A model generated the notes under the pieces. The model had not been told where the DNA came from. It worked only from the letters and a program-made list of their open reading frames with translations, and ran no database searches. DNA of 64,000 nt from Caecitellus pseudoparvulus (taxonomy: Eukaryota; Protista; Bigyra: Bicosoecida): assembly GCA_965644315.1 (NCBI GenBank), contig CBFFRQ010000066.1, positions 248,001 to 312,000 of the forward strand, written 5' to 3'. Shown one piece after another: positions 37,101 to 45,388 of this stretch. Each line of letters opens with the position of its first letter. Within the stretch, counting starts at the first letter, position 1. Position numbers and translations under genes: made by a program.

Positions 37101-40100
37101 TACCGCCACTTGGTCACGGTGCAGCAGTTGTCTGAAATGGAGGAGGTCATGCAGGTCCTCACTGCCGCGGGCTCGCCTGCGGGGGGCCTGTCCTCGTGGG
37201 ACCCCACTGCCGCGACGGGGAAGCTGACCCACTTCCGCCGCGTCTGGGCACAGCGCCTGCGTGGAGCCCAGCGCAATGTGGACGTGTGGCACCGCCTGCT
37301 GTCTGTGCGGTCCCTCGTGGGCATGGCGTACGTGGGCGGGGACGACGTCAAGTCGTGGCTCAAGTTCGCGACGCTGTGCCGGCGAAATGGCAGGACGCAC
37401 ATGGCTGTAAAGGTGCTCATGGGCATGGGCATGGACGGCGCAGGTGGCGGGTCCGCTGCACGCCCAGGCTCGTACTTTACAGAGCTGGAAGCTAGCGCGC
37501 GGGGCCTTGCTGCGGCAGGCGGGCTGCTACCCGCACGCATCCTTGCAGCTCTGCAGGGTGATGACGTGGGCGGAGTGGCGCGGGGTGGCGGTGCTTCCAC
37601 CTCCCTGCTCTCGGCCCTAGGCGTGTCAGCACCGGGAGCAGTGGACGCAGGCCCCAGCCCCGCGGCATGGGCGAGTTCTGCCTTGGCACCCCACCCTGCC
37701 GTCGTGTACGCGCACTGCAAGCATCTGTGGGAAGGCAGACAGCTCCGCCCTGCCATAAGTCTGCTAACGCTGCTGGTTGAAAAGCTGGATGCCGCTGCAG
37801 CTGCCCGCAAGGCTGCCGAGGCAGGGAATGCGGGTGGAGGCTCTGGAGGGGCTCCTTCCCACGCGACGTACACCTACGGGCAGGGCGGCAGTCTCACAGC
37901 CCATGAAGAGCGCAATTTGTTGGTGAAGACACACTTGCGGCTTGGGTCCTGGCAGCAGCACATGCTGGACACGACAGGCCAGCTGCCAACAGGCACCAGG
38001 CAGAGCCCTCTGGCGCCTACCGCCACTGCAGGGGAAGCTTACGTGCACCTCATGTCCCCCGTGTTGGAGCACTTCTCCGCGGCAACACAGGCAGGGCCCG
38101 AGGCATACAAAGCATGGCACGAGTGGGCCATGGCAAACTTCCAAGCCGCGCAGAAGCTGGCTGCGGCGGAGGCAGAGCTGGGGGATGCGGACGGGGAGGA
38201 GGCCAGGGCCCACCTGGCTGCGCTCCGGGCCTCCATCGACTCTTACGCTGTCGCAGCTGTGACTGGCTTCTTTGCCAGCATCAGGCTGGGCCAGCGACGC
38301 CTCAAGGCACATGTGCTGCAGGACCTCCTGCGGCTGCTGACGCTGTGGTTCGCACACGGCGGTTCGGGCCACGCCTCTGTGCGCACGGCCGTGGGTGCAG
38401 GGCTCAACACCATCCCCCCTGACACGTGGCTGCACGTTTCCCCCCAGCTCATCGCCCGCATCCACCTGCAGGACCCTGACATCAAGGGCCTGCTCATGAG
38501 CCTGCTCGCGCAAGTGGGCCAGCTGCACCCTCACGCTGTCATCTACTCCTTGACCGTCGCCCAGAACTCGTCGTTCCAGCCCCGTCGTGAAGCAGCTGCC
38601 TCACTGTTGGCAGAGCTGCAGCGGCACTGGCCGACGGTCGCCAGGCAAGCATCCCTGGTGTCACAGGAGCTCATCCGCGTCGCCATCCTGTGGCCAGAGC
38701 AGTGGCTGACCGGTTTGAATGAGGCTTCCCACGCGTACTTCTCTGAAAAGGATGTGGACGCCACTCTGGCCATTCTCTTCCCGCTACACGACATGATGAA
38801 CATTCCCGCCGAGCAGATGTCTGCCTTCGAGGTGGAGTTTGACGCAGCCCACGGTGAGGAGTTGGCCAAGGCCCGGGATTGGCTGGGTAAGTACCAGGCT
38901 ACGAAAGACAAGAGCTGCATGCAGGCAGCGTGGGACATCTACTACGGCGTGTTCAGGCGCATTGATGCGGAGGTGCCGCAGCTGACCTCCCTGGAACTGC
39001 CCCTCGTCTCCCGGCCGCTGACGGAGGAGCAAAACATGCAACTGGCGGTGCCAGGGACGTACCGAGTGCATAAGCCCATCGTGCGCATTGCTTGCTTCAG
39101 CCCTGCCATCAGCATCTTTCCGTCCAAGCAGCGGCCAAGGCGCATCTCTGTCGCGGGCACTGACGGGCGCTGGTACCGCTTCATCCTCAAGGGGCACGAG
39201 GACTTGCGGCAAGACGAGCGTGTCATGCAGCTGTTTGGCTTGGTGAACACCTTGCTGTCGAACGACCCCGACACGCGCAAGCAAGACCTCAGCATTCGCA
39301 GGTACTCCGTGACGCCCCTCTCGCACTCGGCAGGCGTGGTGGGCATGCTGCCCGCCCACGACACGTGGCACTCCCTCATCGACGAGTACAGGCAGCAGAA
39401 GAAGGTGCTGGCGGACATCGAGCAGCGCGTGATGATGCAGCTGGCACCCATGTACGAGAACTTGACCTTGCTGCAGAAGCTGGAGGTGTTCCAGTATGCC
39501 CTGGACAATACGACAGGGCAAGACTTGCAGCATGTTCTGTGGCGCAAGAGCCAGTCGTCGGAGGCGTGGCTTGTACGCCGCACACACTTCACCCGCTCCC
39601 TGGCCGTCATGTCCATTGTGGGGTATGTGCTGGGGCTGGGGGACCGCCACCCCTCCAACATCATGCTGGACCGCATCACAGGCAAGGTCGCGCACATTGA
39701 CTTCGGGGACTGCTTTGAAGTCACCCAGACACGTGACAAGCACCCTGAACGGGTGCCTTTCCGCCTCACCCGCATGCTGGTGAACGCCATGGAAGTAAGT
39801 GGGATCGAAGGCAACTTCCGCTGCACCACAGAGGCTGTCCAGCGCGTCATGCGCTCAAACCGTGACTCGGTCATGGCCATGTTGGAGGCGTTCGTGCACG
39901 ACCCCCTCATCAACTGGCGCCTCCTGCACACCAACGAAGCCTCGGGAGCCTCTGCCGGGGGTGCCGCAGCAGGTGGCCAGGACGTCGGGGCTGCAGCAGA
40001 CATGGCGGCCGCGGGCGGGGTAGACACCATGTCTGCTTCACTTGCGACGGGGGGGGGTGCTGGGCGAGCCGTGGGGGCCAAGGGGCCTGGCGGGCGAGCG

Positions 40101-40442
40101 GTGGACATGGCCCACGAGGGAGCGGAGGGCGGCGGCACTGAGGCCCTCAATGAGCGTGCTGTGAAGGTCCTGGAGCGCATCAAGAACAAACTTACTGGAC
40201 GCGACTTCGTGGGGGACCCAGTGGACTCTGGCATCGGCGGCATCGTTGCAGGCCAGTGCGAGTTCAAGCCGTTGCCAGAGCCAGCGGTACAAAGCGGCCG
40301 AGTGGGCCGCACAGGCACTGCCATGACTGACGAAGTTGCCGAAAGCCTGGATGTTCCTGCACAAGTGCAGCGCCTCATTTTGCAAGCAACAAGCATGGAA
40401 AACCTGTGCCAGTCTTACATGGGCTGGTGTCCATTCTGGTAG
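31125..40442 (+). CDS. TOR: Target of rapamycin kinase (HEAT-FAT-FRB-kinase-FATC), 3105 aa, single open frame
   Basis: [108 protein letters not shown], and FATC [12 protein letters not shown]. Confidence 0.98.
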   Translation: [3105 protein letters not shown]

Positions 40443-40901
40443 GCGGCTCACAATCCAGACACTCCGGCCTTTCCATTTCACTGCAGAGCTTTACACTAGT
40501 CAGTGCTAGAGGGCAGCGCCTCTGCAGCCCCCGTACGTTCCTCAGTTTGCCCCAGCGCCTCTCTTCAGTGTCTGCACCAGGTAAGTGCATCACCCCGCCG
40601 GCCAGTTGTGGGCCTCAGTGTCCAACGCAGCTCGTGTGTGCGCCGCTGCGTGTTGCTGAGTATATTGCTTGGGGTGGGCTTGCAGAGCAGATCGTGTTTG
40701 GTGCATGAACCTGCAGCGAAGGTCTTACTACAGCGCACGCAGTTTCAGGCTGGCGTTGGTCGCTGCGCGATGCAGCTGCCTGGTTTTGCTCGCTCTCAGC
40801 CTTGCAGCAGCAGGGAGGCTATTCAGGAGGAGATTGCACAACTGCAACGCATCGTGAACCTTTCGCTTGTAGCCGCTTTCTCTGCGCTCTTCATGTGCAG
40901 G

Positions 40902-41438
40902 ATGGCAGAGAGCAAGGACGAACCATGCCAGCCGGAGGTCACAGTGACCAGCCTGCGCATTGAGCCGGAGGAGAGCGAAGACGTCGCAGCACCGGTGGCA
41001 GTAACAGTGGGCTTCCAACCTTCAGAGCCCATTGAGCATGCGGTGTGGCTCATGGAGCTTTTGGTGGACAGCGTAACGAGTGCGGGGGCGAGCAGGCATT
41101 TGCTGCCGCTGGGCTGCTGCTATGTCTCTGACGCCAAAGCAGGCACTGAACTCCACTGCCGAGTAGAGGGGCACCACATGCAAGCAGAAGGCATTCCATT
41201 GAGCGACTTGTCGAGCACTTGCATGCTGCGGCTGTCTCTGCTCCCACTGTCCAGCTCACTGGACTCTCTCAGCTCCCTCCAAGGGGACTCGGACAGCAAG
41301 GGCGAGGACAGGGACCTCGCGACAGCGTCAAAGCTTGCCCCTTCGCTTCCATCGCTGGTGGTTGTGAACATGGTGGTCGACATCGAGGAGGCAGAGCCAG
41401 GGAAAGTGCAACGGGTCATCTACAACCCCATGGAGTAG
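40902..41438 (+). CDS. Hypothetical beta-sandwich protein, possibly ASF1-like fold (start uncertain)
   Basis: Alternating beta-strand pattern (VTVTSLRIEP..PVAVTVGF..AVWLMELLVD..VVVNMVVDI..RVIYNPME). The ATG is preceded by a TGCAG acceptor, so upstream exons are possible. The fold call is only a resemblance. Confidence 0.5.
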   Translation: MAESKDEPCQPEVTVTSLRIEPEESEDVAAPVAVTVGFQPSEPIEHAVWLMELLVDSVTSAGASRHLLPLGCCYVSDAKAGTELHCRVEGHHMQAEGIPLSDLSSTCMLRLSLLPLSSSLDSLSSLQGDSDSKGEDRDLATASKLAPSLPSLVVVNMVVDIEEAEPGKVQRVIYNPME

Positions 41439-41483
41439 TGGATGGTTTCTACAGATGCAAAAGTGCTCTCTATACCATCAAGC

Positions 41484-41556
41484 GACTCCTTAGCTCAGAT
41501 GGTAGAGCATTCGACTGAAGATCGAAAGGTCCCGGGCTCGATTCCCGGAGGGGTCA
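41484..41556 (+). tRNA. tRNA-Phe (GAA), intronless, atypical C54 and U20
   Basis: Full cloverleaf: acceptor GACTCCT/AGGGGTC, D arm GCTC-AGATGGTA-GAGC, anticodon arm TTCGA-CTGAAGA-TCGAA, T arm CCGGG-CTCGATT-CCCGG, discriminator A. Confidence 0.9.
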
Positions 41557-41561
41557 GACTC

Positions 41562-41566
41562 TTTTT
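41562..41566 (+). terminator. RNA polymerase III oligo-T terminator
   Basis: TTTTT five nt after the tRNA 3' end. Confidence 0.75.
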
Positions 41567-41691
41567 CCACCCCTGCAGTCCGCGGCCAGCGCAAAATTGA
41601 ACTCTTCAACACGCCACCCCCACGAAAGCCCATGCGCCTGATACTCTCCCACTTTTTTGTCACTGAACGCGATCGGGCACGAACGCCGGCC

Positions 41692-43508
41692 ATGGCTGCG
41701 GAAGCAGTGCGCGGGGCGCAAGCCGCCATTGCAGGTGCCTGGGATCAGCTTGCAAGTGGCGTGAGCTCAGCTTTGAAGCATAAAGATGCACCAGCTTATG
41801 TGGCCGGTGGCCTGGCCGCCTACGGGCTGTACAATTTCCTTGCGAGCTCTGCCCCAGTGGAGCGTGTTGGAGACGTGACCTGGACTGGCACAGCCCCTCC
41901 CGGCGCTGATGAAGGCGGCAGCGCAGCACTTCCCCGGGAGCCGCTTCCAGTAGCAGAGGATGTGTCTGTCGAGCAGGTGCCTGACTTGGTGCGTGGCAGT
42001 GCGAGGGCCAGGTGACTGCGCGCTTCATGAACGTTCAATTTCCGCGATTGCCAGGTTGCGACCATGCGTGAAAACTTCTTCAAGGGCACATCAAGGTCAT
42101 TTGCCAGTCGCATCAGGAATCTGGATGGTATCATCCGCTTCTTTGAGGAGAACGAAGTGAGCTCCCTGTCTCCCGCCTGGCGTTGCAGAAGGCACCAGCT
42201 CGCCTGGCACTTCTCCCATCGCAGGCAGCCATCCTGGCGGCGCTGCACGAGGACTTGGGAAGACCAGAGTTCGAGGCAGTGGTGTACGATGTGTTGGTGC
42301 CGCTGGCTGATATCAAGCACTTGCGGGCCAACCTGAGCTCGTACATGACCCCCGAGCGCAAGGGCTTTTCCCTGGCCTCCTTCCCAGCCTCCGCAGCGCT
42401 GTACCCTGAGCCGTTCGGCGTGGCTCTGATCGTGGACACGTGGAACTACCCCATCATGCTTGGAGTCCTGCCGCTGGCCGGTGCCATCGCCGCTGGGAAC
42501 ACCGCCATTTTGAAGCCCAGCGTCGTGTCGCGCGCCACTGCCAGGCTGCTGGGGGAGCTCTTGCCCAAGTACCTTGACCCAGACGTTGCACGCGTGGTGG
42601 GGCACACCGCTGATCGTGACCGCCACATGCTGACAGCACTGCTGGAAGCCAAGACAGACAAGGTGTTCTTCACAGGCAGCCCCAAGGTGGGCCGCATTGT
42701 CGCGCAGGCCGCCGCCAAACACCTCACGCCGTGCACCCTGGAGTTGGGCGGCAAGAACCCCGTGCTGGTGGATGCTGACGCCGACTTGGCCCTGGCAGCC
42801 AAGCGAGTCGTGTGGGGCCGCTGCATGAACGGCGGCCAGCAGTGCATCTCCCCAGACTATGTCCTTGTGCACAAGTCTGTCGTGCAGGAGTTCACTGCAG
42901 CGTGCAAGGCGGCCATCGAGCAGTTCTACGAAGGCAACCCGAAACAGTCCGCCTGCCTGGGCCGCATTGTGGACGCCACACGCATGCAGGCGCAGGTGGA
43001 CATCCTGGAGCGCCACTCAGGCACGGTGGTGGTGGGTGGGGACGTGGACGTGCCACAGCGGTACGTGGCCCCCACTGTGCTGCACCTGGACCTGCATGAC
43101 CCCGTCATGGAGGGGGAGACATTCGGCCCCATCCTCATGGTGGCAGCGGTGGACAGTATGGAGCAGGCGTGCGCCTACGTGGCGGCAAAGCCCAAGCCCC
43201 TGTCCATGTACATCTTCACGCCGCGCACAGCGACGCAGGAGTACATCTTGCAGAACACCTCTGCTGGCGGCGTCACCATCAACGGCACACTGTGGCACGT
43301 GAGCCACCCCGAGCTGCCGTTTGGTGGCGTGGGCGCGTCAGGCATGGGGGGTGGATACCATGGCAAGGCCACCTTCGACTGCTTCACTCACTACAAGCCT
43401 GTGCTTCGCAAGACGGCCCTGCCAGACGGTGGGCTGCTCTCGGACTTGTGGCTCGTGTACCCACCCTGGGACAGCACGAAGTTGTCTCTGGCCCGACTCC
43501 TGCTGTGA
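41692..43508 (+). CDS. ALDH3: Aldehyde dehydrogenase family 3 (fatty aldehyde dehydrogenase-like)
   Basis: EPFGVALIVDTWNYP, AIAAGN..LKPS, FFTGSPKVGR, catalytic Glu in LELGGKNP, catalytic Cys in NGGQQCISPDY, ETFGPIL, LPFGGVGASGMG.YHG. Introns from 41989-42054 and near 42157-42224. Confidence 0.95.
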
Positions 43509-43562
43509 GCAATACAAGCGTGCATTCCACTCCTGCGCCGAGCCTGGCCGGCCGCAGCACTC

Positions 43563-44940
43563 TCAATCGCTGCCGTCGGCGACACCTGCTTCCGTGATGC
43601 TGAACACCGCCTCGGCCTCCGGCATGTTCGGGCTGTCGTACACCTTCACGATTCGGTTCTCGCCGCGCCCCTTGCGCAGGGACAGGCGCGTGGTGGAGGC
43701 GTGTGCCATGATGTTGCCTCCAATGGGCTTGGTTGCGGGGCCGAAGGACATGGCTGAGTCCACTGAGGCTACCACTTGGTTGCTCACCACCACGGCGACA
43801 CCGAATTCATCAGCCAGGCGCATGAGCCGCCTCAGGAACTGCGCCAGCTTCATCTGACGAGCCGCCAGCTCTCCGCGTCCAGTGTAGTCAGTTCGGAACA
43901 GCGCTGTCGCTGAGTCCACGACGATGAGTGCGAAGCGAGACTCCACCATCATGCCTGCCGCATCCTCCAGCAGCTTCATCTGGTGGTCGCTGTTATACGC
44001 ACGGGCATACGCGACGTTGTCCAGAACATCCTCAGCTGCGGATGAGGGGGGGTGGATGCTAAGGCTGTGCGCGTGGTGGGCGAGTGTCGCACGACGCACG
44101 GTTCAGCTTGAATCGCTCAGCGATGGCGACGAGGCGCTCGGGACGGAATGTGCCCTCCGTGTCAATGTACAGAGCACGGCCTTCACCACCACCCGCCGTG
44201 ATGGACATCTGGCATGTCACACACAGCGTGTGGCAAAGCTGCGTCTTCCCCGTGCGGAACTCGCCAAAGAGCTCAGTGATGGAGCCGGTCTCCATGCCAC
44301 CTGCGCAAACGCCAGGCAAAGGAAAGCAAGCTCATGCGGGGCTGCCGCTCCGCCCCAGTCCCGCACACACGCACCGCCGAGGATGGCGTCAAGTTCCTTG
44401 CATCCTGTGTGCAGGTGGACAATGTCTGCCCGCTGCCTCTGGTAGTTCGCGGCCTGCGCAGGGTTTCAAAGTGCAGTGCGGAAATTGGACACGAAACGCA
44501 ACGCCTGTTGCAAGCGTGACGCAAATGCTGCAGCGCACCGTGGTGATGCCCATGTCCACCAACTTGGCTGCAGCAGTCATGATCTTCTCAGCCTTTGCCT
44601 CACTGATGCCCTTCACTGCCAGCAGGCTCTTCTTCGTTGCGTACGCAACCTGCGGCACAGAAGCGTGCGTGTGCTTGGCACCTGCTTCAGCCCAGCTCGC
44701 CTGCTGCTTTCGACATGACGCACGGCTTCCGCGGTGTACATGCCAGCATCCTGCAGCTTCTTTACGTCTGAAGCGTTGATTCCGTGCTTCTCTAGCTCCG
44801 TTGCTGGCATGGGGCCCATTTCCTCCTGAGCAGGCGCGGAAGGCAGATGGTGCATGTCAGAATGAAGCAAGGGCCGCGCCCAGTCTCACCTCCTCCTCCA
44901 CAGCGGCCTCCTCCGCGCGGCTGGCGACAGCTGCAGCCAT
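43563..44940 (-). CDS. RAD51: DNA recombinase RAD51
   Basis: [20 protein letters not shown], Walker [31 protein letters not shown], and [29 protein letters not shown], which is RAD51-type rather than DMC1-type. Five introns. Confidence 0.95.
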
Positions 44941-45388
44941 GACGTTCGCTTTGTGGATCGGGGGTTTCTTCTCTGGCTGTGCCTTCAGCGCGTGTTTGGG
45001 ATATCGTGATGTGGAGAATTGTGCCTGCCGCGTGTATGTGCAGGAGCCAGCGCTAGCAATCGCTGACCTCCTTGAAGGGGGGGCGAGGAGGCATGACCCT
45101 CCCTTATCCAACAGCCGCACAGGTTTCTCTTCCTGCCACACTTGAGAACAAGCCACAACCAATCGAGCAGTGCCCAATTTATGGCTGAGAAGGGCGCCTG
45201 AGTGCTCTCTGCGCTACGCAGTCGAATCGGAAGCGACCGTCAAATCAAAGAAACACACACACACCCTGTCCCTTGGCAGGCTGTTTTCTACAGCGCACAA
45301 CAGCTTCACCGTCGTTGCGCACGCACCCACACACACGACAGCAGCTTGAGCCGCTGCTGGACATTGGACCACACAACCGTCAAGAGCC

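Noticed and set aside
38942-40396. Long antisense ORFs over TOR (also 53647-55413 over Rab3GAP1 and 8933-10189)
   Set aside because: Stop-poor reverse frames are expected in GC-rich coding DNA and have no independent coding signal.
43563-44940. Meiotic DMC1 as evidence of sex
   Set aside because: Diagnostic segments ([25 protein letters not shown]) are RAD51-type.
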